Source: a virus (taxonomy: Duplodnaviria; Caudoviricetes). Taken from it: a stretch of 64,000 nt of DNA. Both the position numbers and the translations under genes were made by a program. The stretch is from the IMG/VR virus record IMGVR_UViG_3300046817_000863, positions 242 through 64,241 of that record. The stretch is one strand, 5' to 3'. The first letter of the stretch is position 1. Each line of letters starts with the position of its first letter. Of this stretch, positions 38,677 to 47,815 are shown piece by piece. Below the pieces are notes generated by a model. It did no database searches. It was not told where the DNA came from and saw nothing but the letters and a program-made list of their open reading frames with translations.

Positions 38677-38844
38677 CAATGACGAGCGATGACGACTGGT
38701 GCCCAGACTGCAGCGAGAGTCACCCCTGTCCTTGCGATGCAATGTACGAGGAAGACGAGCCTGAAGAGTGGAGCGACGAACTCTTAACACGTGCTCACCC
38801 GCCAGCACTGTGCCACTATACGCACTGGAGGTTTTACAAACACC

Positions 38845-39234
38845 ATGTCCGTAGTGCCATGCTTCCTTTACATGCCCGAGGGCAGCAGCAACCCCGGCGA
38901 GCCCAGTCACCCAATCGTTCCTCCGAGCCCTGGGGTGCCCGCTCACCCCATTGAGATTCCACCGTTGCCACCGGGAACCCCATCGCACCCGATCGCCCTT
39001 CCTCCCAGTGGAGGAACCCCATCGCACCCGATCGTGCTTCCTGGAACCCCAGAGCACCCTATCGCTGTACCTCCAGGCACCATCTGGCCCCCGCTCCCGC
39101 CATCAAGCGGGATCTCAGGCAAGACATACGTCCTCATCCTCGTGGTGGGCGTAGGCTATCGCTGGCTGGTAGTCGACGGCCCAGCTATCTGGCCACCTCC
39201 TCCGCCTCCTCCTGTCATCAATCCCCAGAAGTAA
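38845..39234 (+). CDS. Pro-rich protein with PxHPI repeats
   Basis: GGAGG SD; five P[SAE]HPI units; hydrophobic YVLILVVGVGYRWLV. Confidence 0.75.
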   Translation: MSVVPCFLYMPEGSSNPGEPSHPIVPPSPGVPAHPIEIPPLPPGTPSHPIALPPSGGTPSHPIVLPGTPEHPIAVPPGTIWPPLPPSSGISGKTYVLILVVGVGYRWLVVDGPAIWPPPPPPPVINPQK

Positions 39235-39248
39235 AAACCTCCGATACA

Positions 39249-39282
39249 AGAGCCCCCGTCAACAAGGCGGGGGGTTCTCTTT
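39249..39282 (+). terminator. Intrinsic terminator
   Basis: AGAGCCCCCGTC-AACAA-GGCGGGGGGTTCTCTTT. Confidence 0.7.
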
Positions 39283-39284
39283 GC

Positions 39285-39483
39285 GTACCTCCCGTGTACC
39301 GAATAACCCGCCGCGCATCCCTTTACGCTCGTTATGCGCGGAAGGGCCCGCATCTGGATTCAATGTTTTATGGGTTTCTCGTTCAATGACAGCGGTTCGA
39401 CCTTATCCCCCGGGGCCACACTAAGCCCTTCTGTTATCAAAGCATTGCGCCCATCTCTGTCGGCCCTGTACTTGTCGTGTACC
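39285..39483. other. Candidate attP
   Basis: Direct repeats GTAC-N4-CGTGTACC at 39285 and 39468 flank a tRNA-3'-like GGTTCGA..ATCCCCCGGGGCCAC. Confidence 0.5.
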
Positions 39484-40556
39484 TCGTCCAGCAGCGCCAT
39501 TAGTCTGGTTTGGCGTGCCGGAATCAGGTGAGCGTAGTGCTGCCGGATGGTGTTCGGGGCATCCCCCAGCATCAACGCGACGTCCTCGATGGTCGCCCCG
39601 GCCGCGAGAAGTTCGGATGCGAGCGTGTGCCGGAACCGGTGGGTGTGGGCATTCGGCACGCCAGAGAGGCGGTACACGGATGCAAGGGTCTGGCCGAATG
39701 TGTTTACGTGCCCCATCTGCGTACCGCGGCCCGTCCAGAAGTAGTACTCTCCGTCAGGCTGGCCTCCAGCAGGCACCGGGACACGATCCAATGCTTCCCT
39801 GACCTCGGGATAGAGCCTAAGAGACAGATACTCTCCGTTTTTGATTGCCCTGATTCGCACAGAATTGCCCTGTATGGCGTCGCGTCGCAGGCAGGCGATG
39901 TCAGATACCCTCAAACCGTACCGGCGCGCCAGCAGGACCGCAGCACGTGCACGAAGCCGTTCGTATGCGGACTGGCCTATCCGGTCGCAGGCGGCAATGA
40001 TCGCAGTGACCTCCTCTGCGGTGTACGGGGTTCGCTGGCGTGCGCTCGCGGCACGGGGCGGTTTCATGTGTGCGGCCGGATTGTCGTCGGTCCATCCGCG
40101 GGCCTGGCACCAGCGGAAGAACTGGCGTAAGAACTGGAGCTCCTTCGTCCACGCCAGAGCCTCAAGTGATTCACGGCGCCATCCGCGGTATCCGTCCAGT
40201 GCTTCGAGGTTCCAGTCTGCTACGCAGGGCAACTTGTGCCGGTCGGAGTATTCACATAACAGCCGAAGCCGGCGCTTGTTTTTTCTGGCAGTCGAATCCT
40301 TCACTTCAGCCTGCTGCAGAAACGCGGCGCACGCATCGGCAATCAGTTTTGGCGTGGGCCCGCCTTCGTGCTCGAATACTGCCAGCTTCGCCTGTGCCGC
40401 GGCCCAGCTGCGCGTATCCAGCGATGCGCGAACGGGCTCCCGGTCGGCCGTGCCCTGAATCCAGATAGGGCACTCGCATTTGATGTAACGACGGCCCTTA
40501 GCCTTATGGGGGCACTTCGAGGTATGACGACGGTAGATAGTGAGCACGGAAGGCAT
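39360..40556 (-). CDS. int: Tyrosine integrase
   Basis: YGLRVSD (R), K, HRFRHT, LGD, HY; N-terminal RRH..C.H..CECPIW. Confidence 0.95.
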   Translation of the reverse strand: MPSVLTIYRRHTSKCPHKAKGRRYIKCECPIWIQGTADREPVRASLDTRSWAAAQAKLAVFEHEGGPTPKLIADACAAFLQQAEVKDSTARKNKRRLRLLCEYSDRHKLPCVADWNLEALDGYRGWRRESLEALAWTKELQFLRQFFRWCQARGWTDDNPAAHMKPPRAASARQRTPYTAEEVTAIIAACDRIGQSAYERLRARAAVLLARRYGLRVSDIACLRRDAIQGNSVRIRAIKNGEYLSLRLYPEVREALDRVPVPAGGQPDGEYYFWTGRGTQMGHVNTFGQTLASVYRLSGVPNAHTHRFRHTLASELLAAGATIEDVALMLGDAPNTIRQHYAHLIPARQTRLMALLDEVHDKYRADRDGRNALITEGLSVAPGDKVEPLSLNEKPIKH

Positions 40557-40563
40557 CAGATTA

Positions 40564-40830
40564 TCACCCGCCCGTCGTCGGCTTCTCGTTCGGCTTCCAC
40601 TTACGCCTGACAGAAAACTGCAGCGTTGCGATATCGTAACCTCGCTCCTCCAGTTCCTGCACCAGCGTTTTCCCCTGCGTTACTTCGGAGTAGCACAGTG
40701 CTCCGTAAAGCAAATGCCCGTCCGGTCGACATGGTGACCCAAAGATTAAATCTTTCTTGCTCCCACGCTGCTCCCTGCCCCAATATGCAGTGAGCCACCC
40801 ATCGTTCCAGTTTTTGCCTCTCAGCATCAA
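40564..40830 (-). CDS. Hypothetical protein
   Basis: Between excisionase and integrase. Confidence 0.6.
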   Translation of the reverse strand: MMLRGKNWNDGWLTAYWGREQRGSKKDLIFGSPCRPDGHLLYGALCYSEVTQGKTLVQELEERGYDIATLQFSVRRKWKPNEKPTTGG

Positions 40831-41069
40831 ACCACCAACATTCCCGAGTACTTACGTTCTGCTACTGATTTGGGGATACGCAGCGCACGCTTAAGCCTGA
40901 CGACGCCAGGCTCCCTCGCGAACATGCGGCGTATCGTGCTCTCATCGAGATTCCAGCGCTTCGCCAGTTGCTCTGCGGTGTAGTGCTCTTCGTCCAGCGT
41001 TGCGGCTGATGGGTGTATGGCCTCGCGTGTCTTAGCAGCACGAAGCAGCGATGCGACGCGGGCTGTCAT
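40827..41069 (-). CDS. xis: Excisionase-like HTH
   Basis: HYTAEQLAKRWNLDESTIRRMF..EPGV..LRIPKSVA. Confidence 0.75.
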   Translation of the reverse strand: MTARVASLLRAAKTREAIHPSAATLDEEHYTAEQLAKRWNLDESTIRRMFAREPGVVRLKRALRIPKSVAERKYSGMLVV

Positions 41070-41130
41070 TTATGCCCCCCTCCCCTGCCGTACATGTTTC
41101 GTGGCAAGTGCGCACCTTTCCCTTTCAGGG

Positions 41131-42159
41131 TCAGCATAGAACCTCGAATAAGGGTTGGTCGATAACCCGTACTTTCTCCGGTCTATACTTCGCCCCGGCG
41201 AATACCTCCCACGGGATATGATTTTCGTTCTGCGTTTTGTCGTATGCTCCGACTACCCATCGCTGGAAACCAACAAGTTCAGGAGTCCGCTTGTACGGCA
41301 TCGGGTAAGGACGTGCTCCAAACTCTCGGAGCTGGGCACGACGGAAGTCTCTGTCTTCGTGAGTCTCACCGGGCCAGTACCCGATGAGCATGTAAACCAT
41401 GATGTGATCGGGTTTAACGCCGTACTTTACGAGCCGCTCGAGCCCTGCAAATAGCCGGTGCTCATCTTTCCGGTTGTCCCATGCGGTGTAGATCCGCTTC
41501 GTGCTCATCTTGTTGTCGCGGTAGTCGATGCTAGCGATTGCCTCGGCCGATTCGTCGGTAAGAAACCTAGCGTTGATGCCCTGAGAGAATGAGACCTTGA
41601 ACCCGCCGTCTCTGATCTCTGCTATCCGGGATTGCCAGTTACTCTGACCAAAGAAATCATTGTCGAGGAGAAGCAATTCTCGAGGGTGCGGCTCCCCTCT
41701 CCAGATTTCCGCTATGGTTTGCTCCTCTCGTACCGCGCCCTCTTTCTCAGGAACGACACAGAACTTACAGCGGAGCCGGCATCCTCGTTGCGTGAAACCG
41801 ATACTCTGACGAAACTCGGGGTAGATACTGTAATCCTGACGGGTTGTCGTAATGCCGTGACCCTCGAGCGAGTCCGAAACACTCCACCCAGTACCGCCGA
41901 CGATTGCACCTGAATACGCTCTGAGTAGCCTTTCCGCTATCGGCCGGGACTTCTCGAAGATTACGGAGCCGTAAACACGGTCGGGTATCTCTCCCTCGAA
42001 CAGTGTCCGCTCTGGCTGCCCCGTGCGACGAAAGAGAACCTCGTCTCCGCTGTCGCGGTGATGAGCCGCTATTCGCATCAGAGCAATGTTCGGGAGAGCT
42101 CCGTCGAGATGGAAGAGCATAACCCTCATAGCCGGAGCCGTGTCCTCTGTGTCGCTCAT
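41131..42159 (-). CDS. Radical SAM protein
   Basis: TQRGCRLRCKFC (CxxxCxxC); LLDNDF; PNIALMRIAAHH. Confidence 0.85.
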   Translation of the reverse strand: MSDTEDTAPAMRVMLFHLDGALPNIALMRIAAHHRDSGDEVLFRRTGQPERTLFEGEIPDRVYGSVIFEKSRPIAERLLRAYSGAIVGGTGWSVSDSLEGHGITTTRQDYSIYPEFRQSIGFTQRGCRLRCKFCVVPEKEGAVREEQTIAEIWRGEPHPRELLLLDNDFFGQSNWQSRIAEIRDGGFKVSFSQGINARFLTDESAEAIASIDYRDNKMSTKRIYTAWDNRKDEHRLFAGLERLVKYGVKPDHIMVYMLIGYWPGETHEDRDFRRAQLREFGARPYPMPYKRTPELVGFQRWVVGAYDKTQNENHIPWEVFAGAKYRPEKVRVIDQPLFEVLC

Positions 42160-42516
42160 CGTGCTATCCCCAGAATCGCGCCCCTGCGCTTGCCGATGTA
42201 TTCTCTGTAAAACAATTCAGAGCAGATGAATGTACTCCCTGCAGGCAGAATCCACGGCCTCAACAGCAGGATAATCACGTCGCCGGGTAATGGCTTTTCC
42301 CACCCCGCGAAGCACTGCCCGTCGTTCGACATCATGATGTAGTCCCCCCGCAATGCCTCACGATAGAGCGAAAGAATCTGACACGATCCCACAATTCGGG
42401 GGAGGAATCACCCGCTAACGGCAACTCGATGCGGATCGTGCCTTCGTTGGTCAGGACTGCAATTTCGTACAGAAATTCAAGCATGTCCTTTCTGCTCATT
42501 CCCACGTAGTCGCCCT

Positions 42517-42810
42517 TCATACAGGCACCCTCTTTTCCAGGTCAGAGACTCGCTTAAACAGATCACCTACTATCGACCTGAGATTGCCGCCCAGCTTTAC
42601 CGTGTTCACCTCACCCGTTGGCTGGTACGCCATCTTGAACCCATCCTCGGATTCTTTTTCCGAAACACGATCCTTCAAGTACTTGGCAGTCTCGGCAGCG
42701 AGATGCGACAGATACTTGTCGTAGATCTCGGTACGCTCCCCTTTCTGCAGGTACTCGGCTATCTGGAGAAGAGCCTCAGCAACATCCCAGTCAGTCAGAT
42801 CTTTCTTCAT
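42517..42810 (-). CDS. Hypothetical protein
   Basis: Coupled ORF. Confidence 0.55.
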   Translation of the reverse strand: MKKDLTDWDVAEALLQIAEYLQKGERTEIYDKYLSHLAAETAKYLKDRVSEKESEDGFKMAYQPTGEVNTVKLGGNLRSIVGDLFKRVSDLEKRVPV

Positions 42811-43310
42811 TCCTGCCCTTCAATTGCCGCGTTAGTGTCTCGTTGTTCCTTAATCGAATCGGCAAGCTCCTTCAAAGACCGCTTGCCGCGCCATTCAGCT
42901 GGTAATGGGTAGCGTGCTGCCCTAAGCTCCCGCTCCATTACGAGTGCTCGCTCAGACAGTTCCGCTACCGTCTTCCTGAGTTCGGTCAGCTGGGCGTTGA
43001 AGAACATAATCTGGCTGTCGTAAGAGATCTCTCCTGACGTGTTCTGGCACTTGGCTCCTCCTGCCCTAACCTCATGCTCCAGGTCAAGCATTCGCTTTTC
43101 GAGAGAAAAATAGCGTGTGTCGTTTATCCGCTTCTCCGCATTTTTGGGAGAGAATACCTCGCTGGGTGGCTTTTCGGGAATCTCGAGCAATGTCAGAAGT
43201 TCCTCATAAGCCCAACCGCCAGGCCCGAAATAACCCTGATGACTCTTTCCGGATTCTGCTTTGAGGAAATTCAGGGTTTCATTGAGAGCGTCACGTTGAG
43301 ATTTTGTCAT
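42807..43310 (-). CDS. Coiled-coil hypothetical protein
   Basis: GGAGG SD; TAATG overlap. Confidence 0.6.
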   Translation of the reverse strand: MTKSQRDALNETLNFLKAESGKSHQGYFGPGGWAYEELLTLLEIPEKPPSEVFSPKNAEKRINDTRYFSLEKRMLDLEHEVRAGGAKCQNTSGEISYDSQIMFFNAQLTELRKTVAELSERALVMERELRAARYPLPAEWRGKRSLKELADSIKEQRDTNAAIEGQE

Positions 43311-44659
43311 TATGCTTTCTTGCCTCCTTCAGTCACGACCTGGAATCTGTTATCGATTTGAGAGTGAATCTCAGAGCCTGATACCTGCTCTCCGAGCAAG
43401 CAGGACAAGTGCATACGCTGCCTGGAGAGGTACAACTCCGTTTCCGAGCATCCGGAGGGAATCGGTTCTCGTATCACCCAGTGAATAGGCCACCCCATCA
43501 ACCATGAAACGAACGCCGGGTTCAGTCGCCGGCGCGAGGTCGGGACGGTCGGAGATGATTGATCGCCATGCATCGACGTCTCCGGGTCCGGGAGGAAAGA
43601 TACTTGCCGGATTGCATCTGTGAGAGAAGCAATCGCCAGAGGCATCCCCGCACCATTGCCGTTGTAGCGCTTCTCCTTCAAGACCGCTTGCCGCGCTTTC
43701 CGGGATGTTGCACTCTCGCCATCGTTCATGACACTTGCATCCGGAGTCGGCCAGTTCGATTTCCGTGCTTGCTGATCTAGTCCCATCTCGTCTTTCCGCG
43801 CCCCCCCCCTGCTCCGAAACGAGTCCGTCGCTGGTGTCTGCCAGTTGCGGGCTTGGGTGTTGATGTCCATCCCCGCTTTCAAATCCGCTGCGCACAACCG
43901 AGAGCGGTCCCCTCTCTCCGGGTCCGATGCCGACGGGGTCGCCCAATTCCGCAGCACCTGACGCCCCAGCAATCCGTTCGTCTCCACGTCCGCATCCACA
44001 CATGCGCCGTCTTTGTAATCCCGGCTCGTCGGTGTACCCCATTGTTCGGCTTGTTCCGCGATAGTCACTTGGCGCCCGTTCCCAATCGTGGTTCGATGGT
44101 TCCGGGGTCCACCCGATCCCGGAGCATCCGGGGTTCTCCATTGGACGGTAGGCCAGGATGAACGCTCGTTTCCGCTGGTGCGGGGCTCCGACGTCCGATG
44201 CTCGTAAAGATACCCATTCCGCATCGAACCCGAGCCTGGCAAGTTCTCCGAGTACGATTCCTCCAGAGGGATTAGCGATAACTGCGGGGACGTTCTCAAC
44301 AAAGATCCATCGTGGTTGCACCTCGCGAATGACTCGGATGTATTCAAAGAACAGTCCGCTGCGCTCTCCGCGGATGCCGGCGCGCTTCCCTGCATAGCTG
44401 AGGTCCTGACAGGGGAACCCGCCGATGATTCCATCCACACGCTTACGCCAAGGTCTGCCGTTAAAGGTTCGTATGTCGCTCCAGACAGGCGCCGGATGGA
44501 TGGATCCTTCCGCCATGCGAGCCGCCAGAGTCGCGACCGCCGGAGCTTCGATCTCCACATAGCAGACTGTTCGAGCCGTTGGGACTGCGATTCTGATAGC
44601 GAGGTCCAATCCTCCCCCACCTGAGAACAAGGAAATGATTCTGGGACTATTAGCCACAT
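43310..44659 (-). CDS. Overlapping alternate-frame partner of the C5 MTase (WxTP repeats plus motif IX)
   Basis: Open frame of about 450 codons; five W[RGAQP]TP units; RLNPAFVSWLMGWP. Confidence 0.7.
   Translation of the reverse strand: MWLIVPESFPCSQVGEDWTSLSESQSQRLEQSAMWRSKLRRSRLWRLAWRKDPSIRRLSGATYEPLTADLGVSVWMESSAGSPVRTSAMQGSAPASAESAADCSLNTSESFARCNHDGSLLRTSPQLSLIPLEESYSENLPGSGSMRNGYLYEHRTSEPRTSGNERSSWPTVQWRTPDAPGSGGPRNHRTTIGNGRQVTIAEQAEQWGTPTSRDYKDGACVDADVETNGLLGRQVLRNWATPSASDPERGDRSRLCAADLKAGMDINTQARNWQTPATDSFRSRGGARKDEMGLDQQARKSNWPTPDASVMNDGESATSRKARQAVLKEKRYNGNGAGMPLAIASLTDAIRQVSFLPDPETSMHGDQSSPTVPTSRRRLNPAFVSWLMGWPIHWVIREPIPSGCSETELYLSRQRMHLSCLLGEQVSGSEIHSQIDNRFQVVTEGGKKA
43371..44657 (-). 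CDS. DNA (cytosine-5) methyltransferase, alpha chain (motifs I-VIII and X)
   Basis: SLFSGGGG, GGFPCQDLS, FVENV, PHQRKRAF, LGNGVVP; GTG start 44657. Confidence 0.9.
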   Translation of the reverse strand: MANSPRIISLFSGGGGLDLAIRIAVPTARTVCYVEIEAPAVATLAARMAEGSIHPAPVWSDIRTFNGRPWRKRVDGIIGGFPCQDLSYAGKRAGIRGERSGLFFEYIRVIREVQPRWIFVENVPAVIANPSGGIVLGELARLGFDAEWVSLRASDVGAPHQRKRAFILAYRPMENPGCSGIGWTPEPSNHDWERAPSDYRGTSRTMGYTDEPGLQRRRMCGCGRGDERIAGASGAAELGDPVGIGPGERGPLSVVRSGFESGDGHQHPSPQLADTSDGLVSEQGGGAERRDGTRSASTEIELADSGCKCHERWRECNIPESAASGLEGEALQRQWCGDASGDCFSHRCNPASIFPPGPGDVDAWRSIISDRPDLAPATEPGVRFMVDGVAYSLGDTRTDSLRMLGNGVVPLQAAYALVLLARRAGIRL

Positions 44660-44868
44660 CAAGACCTCCCATGGATATCGTGGTCACTCATAGCTTCCCC
44701 GCTACTGCACCCTTCCTCATCATCCTCACCACAGACCTGCAGGAAATGGTCGATCGCATAACATTTCGGACAGCCCCAGATATTAGCCCCTTGAGGGTCA
44801 AAGGGATTGGAAGCTATCATTGGCGATTCCGTGATCTCCCCGCACTCGCTGCACTTCCATCTGGTCAT
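44659..44868 (-). CDS. Zinc-ribbon protein
   Basis: CSEC...CPKC. Confidence 0.6.
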   Translation of the reverse strand: MTRWKCSECGEITESPMIASNPFDPQGANIWGCPKCYAIDHFLQVCGEDDEEGCSSGEAMSDHDIHGRS

Positions 44869-45134
44869 TCCGCGCCCCCATCCATCGCTGCATCAATCGC
44901 GTCGCGCAGGCTCCACTGCCCCTCACACTCAGCCTCTATCCGCCACATTGGGGCATTGGTGCCCTTCACCGTATGGATGCACTCAGCCTGCATATAATCG
45001 AGGCGACCAGTATCAGCCCGTAACCGCTCAATCTCATCGCACAAGTCGGGCACCTCGTAACTACTGGCGTCCAGCGAGTCGGATCGCTCCAGATACATCT
45101 GCTTGATTTCCGCGGCCGATCTTACGAGACTCAT
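44865..45134 (-). CDS. Hypothetical protein
   Basis: LRDAIDAAM; ATGA overlaps. Confidence 0.6.
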   Translation of the reverse strand: MSLVRSAAEIKQMYLERSDSLDASSYEVPDLCDEIERLRADTGRLDYMQAECIHTVKGTNAPMWRIEAECEGQWSLRDAIDAAMDGGAE

Positions 45135-45301
45135 TTCGCTGCCACCTCTGATCGCTGCAAATACTCATCGATGACCGACTGGCGAAAGAAGATCTTGCGG
45201 CCTATGAGCACAAACCCAAGCTGGTACTTGTGCTCGTATACCCACTTTTCGCAGTGCCCCAGCTGCGGAGCAACCTGCGCGACGGTAAGCAGCGTACTCA
45301 T
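45131..45301 (-). CDS. Small HTH_17/excisionase-like DNA-binding protein
   Basis: LLTVAQVA..LG....WVY...IGRKIFFRQS.IDEYL. Confidence 0.75.
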   Translation of the reverse strand: MSTLLTVAQVAPQLGHCEKWVYEHKYQLGFVLIGRKIFFRQSVIDEYLQRSEVAAK

Positions 45302-46122
45302 GCGCCACCACCTAAGGCATGAGTGAGTGCCCTTAGCGCTTTCCGGCATTTCGGCTCGTGACCAAACCTGGTCTTATCCCAGCTAGACTCACACCAGCAC
45401 CGTCCCCGCTCACGATGGTCTGGTGTGACGGCTATTAGCGCCTCAGTGAGTGGCCGAATCTCTCCGTCGGCCGATTCCAGGAGATAGCCGTACCGCGTCA
45501 GTCCAGCCTCTACGCTTGCGATTCGCAGAGCGGCCGCGCTTGGTTTCTTCTGTTCGCTCATGCGTCCCCCCTCAGTGCCTTTTGCGCTATCTGCCACGTC
45601 TCGGATAAGCGCACTGAGTTGCCTGCCAGCATGCGCTCCTGATGCCGCTTGACCGCCTCCAGCGCATTACGGAGACGCGCGTTTTCTTCCACCAATAGCC
45701 GTGCTGTAGTCTGCTCTGCGCGGTCTTCGTTGTCGCCCTGAAGTTTCGCGTAATTATGCGGCATCTATCGCAGCCTCCTTGCCTTCCAGTAGTCAAGGCA
45801 TTTTGCCTTCATGGGGTGTTTCTTCCGATCCCACACCTTGCGTCTGACTGCGACAGGGGAGGCCCACCACGGGTTTGCGACCAGTACCGCGACCCGCCTG
45901 CTCATGTGATGGTTCATTTCGAAGCGCCTCCTATCTCCATAAGCTCTGCCTTCTTTGTCCAGCCCCGCCAAGTAGCTATCCCCCAGAACCTGTCAACGCC
46001 AAATCCGCCGGCGCTGACCTTGTTGCGAAAGCAAACGCTATTCCCTTCCCGGTGGCAGACCAATCGAACCAGCTCTCCCTTTCGGAAAACATCCCCCGCC
46101 TGCGGATCGACCTTTGGATCTC

Positions 46123-46533
46123 TCATGCTGAAGCACCCTCCGACATCTCCTGCGGTTCCTGGTGGCTTAGCTTCCATCCCCGCAGTTCGGCATCAGCTAT
46201 TGCCTCTCTGTCTCTGTCCATCGCTCTCCGCGGGTCGATATTGCACGGCAACCCGGGCCGCGGCGGTGGATTAAACCCGTCGTCCCTTATCTGCTGCCGA
46301 ACGATAAGCTCACTCTTTCGAGCGGCTATTTCTTCCTCGCTCATTTGAGCTATCACCCTGCGATTCTGTGCGTAACGGAGGCGTCGCCTGCATTCCCCGG
46401 CGCACGATATCGCGTTGTTCGCGTGCGCGTCGACCTGAACAATCGGCGCTGCGCAGATAATGCACGCCCCCGGCTGATGCCTTGCCCGAAGGTCTTCTAT
46501 AGGGGGCGTATCGGCATAGGGTGAACGCCTCAT
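46123..46533 (-). CDS. Hypothetical zinc-finger protein
   Basis: CIIC...CAGEC. Confidence 0.5.
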   Translation of the reverse strand: MRRSPYADTPPIEDLRARHQPGACIICAAPIVQVDAHANNAISCAGECRRRLRYAQNRRVIAQMSEEEIAARKSELIVRQQIRDDGFNPPPRPGLPCNIDPRRAMDRDREAIADAELRGWKLSHQEPQEMSEGASA

Positions 46534-46822
46534 CGCACTGCCTCCTCGAAATCACGGCACGTACACCGCGGGTCCATCCATTCCTCCTGCGTCGGCTTGT
46601 GCTCACAGCGACAATCGAAAAGTGTGAACCGATGCTCTAATTGCGGGTGTCCGCACCGACATAGCGGCCCCGGTTCGGGCACGACGCTCACAATTGCATC
46701 TCCAAGGCTCCTGGAGGCTTCCGCGGTCGCAGGACACCTGACGGTGCCGCCTGATGCCAGAGAATCGCGTACGGGCAAAGCATGCGACGGCACGGGCCAT
46801 TCCAGTATCCGGCCACGGTTGC

Positions 46823-47440
46823 TCATACGACCCTCCGAAAGCTAATTACTCTGACGGGCGGGTTCTGTGCCCACGAATCAGGGCCGTTGATGTCGCGCCA
46901 GATCCTGACGAACCCGGTGCGGTACGTTTTCACGGGGCCATCCTCGGACGTGCCTGCTGTGCAAGCCTCAACGCCTTCGGCCTTCGCATCGGCTTCGCTG
47001 ATGTCCTGCAGCTGCTCTACACGAACGTCAGTGATTTCGAGCGTGATGCGCGAATCCCTGCGAGACATGAAGATTGACGGCTTCCACCGGTAGTCACGGT
47101 CGAAAAAGAGATCATCGGCCCGGTAGAAGATTTCCTTGTATTCCGGGTCTATCTTCCATTCGCGGGACCACGTCTCTTTCACCCAGAGCCGATCTCCCGG
47201 CTTGCCGTATGGACATTCCTGCAAGCAACCGACGCGCTCTGTTTCTGCGGAGTGCCACCATACCGACCCGGGATCGGCAGCGTATGGCATGCCGTACTTC
47301 GGAATGCTGTGGTGCTCGAACCCGCGGACAGGCTTCACGCTGCGACGTGTTTTCGTCTTCCGTCCGTCCATGATCGCTTGCACCATTGCGGCGCGAAACA
47401 GGATCGGCCGTTCTCTTACCGCTACCGCTGTCGCGCTCAT
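46823..47440 (-). CDS. ASCH/PUA-like phage protein
   Basis: ERPILF..MVQAIMDGRKTKTRR; CPYGKPGDRLWVKETW; WKPSIFM; EQLQDISEADAKAEG. Confidence 0.85.
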   Translation of the reverse strand: MSATAVAVRERPILFRAAMVQAIMDGRKTKTRRSVKPVRGFEHHSIPKYGMPYAADPGSVWWHSAETERVGCLQECPYGKPGDRLWVKETWSREWKIDPEYKEIFYRADDLFFDRDYRWKPSIFMSRRDSRITLEITDVRVEQLQDISEADAKAEGVEACTAGTSEDGPVKTYRTGFVRIWRDINGPDSWAQNPPVRVISFRRVV

Positions 47441-47815
47441 CGCTGGGACTCCAGGTCAAGCAGCTGCTGCACCGCATCGCGCAGTTCTCTGCTATACGCG
47501 CTATCCCCTGCAAACCATCGCTTCGCAGCACGTACAACCGTGCGCTCAACTTCTCTCAGCACCCGCTCCTTCGCGATGCACTCTTCAAGCCCCGGAAGAT
47601 CTATTCGCATTTTCTGTGTCGCCTCTCTGCATAGAATTTCTCTCTCAACTCCTCACGTAATTCCTCGGTTGGCGATTCCTGCTTGCACCCGACCAACGCA
47701 ATAATCTGCAGGTAGGCAGACTCGACTTGCTGCAAGTGGTGCAATAAAGCTTCGAAATCGCAAGGCTCGATTGACTCCCGAGTTTCCGCCTTGACCCGCA
47801 GCCGCTCGATGATGC

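Noticed and set aside
39394-39419. tRNA gene
   Set aside because: Only a 3'-end-like fragment with no D or anticodon arms; treated as an att core
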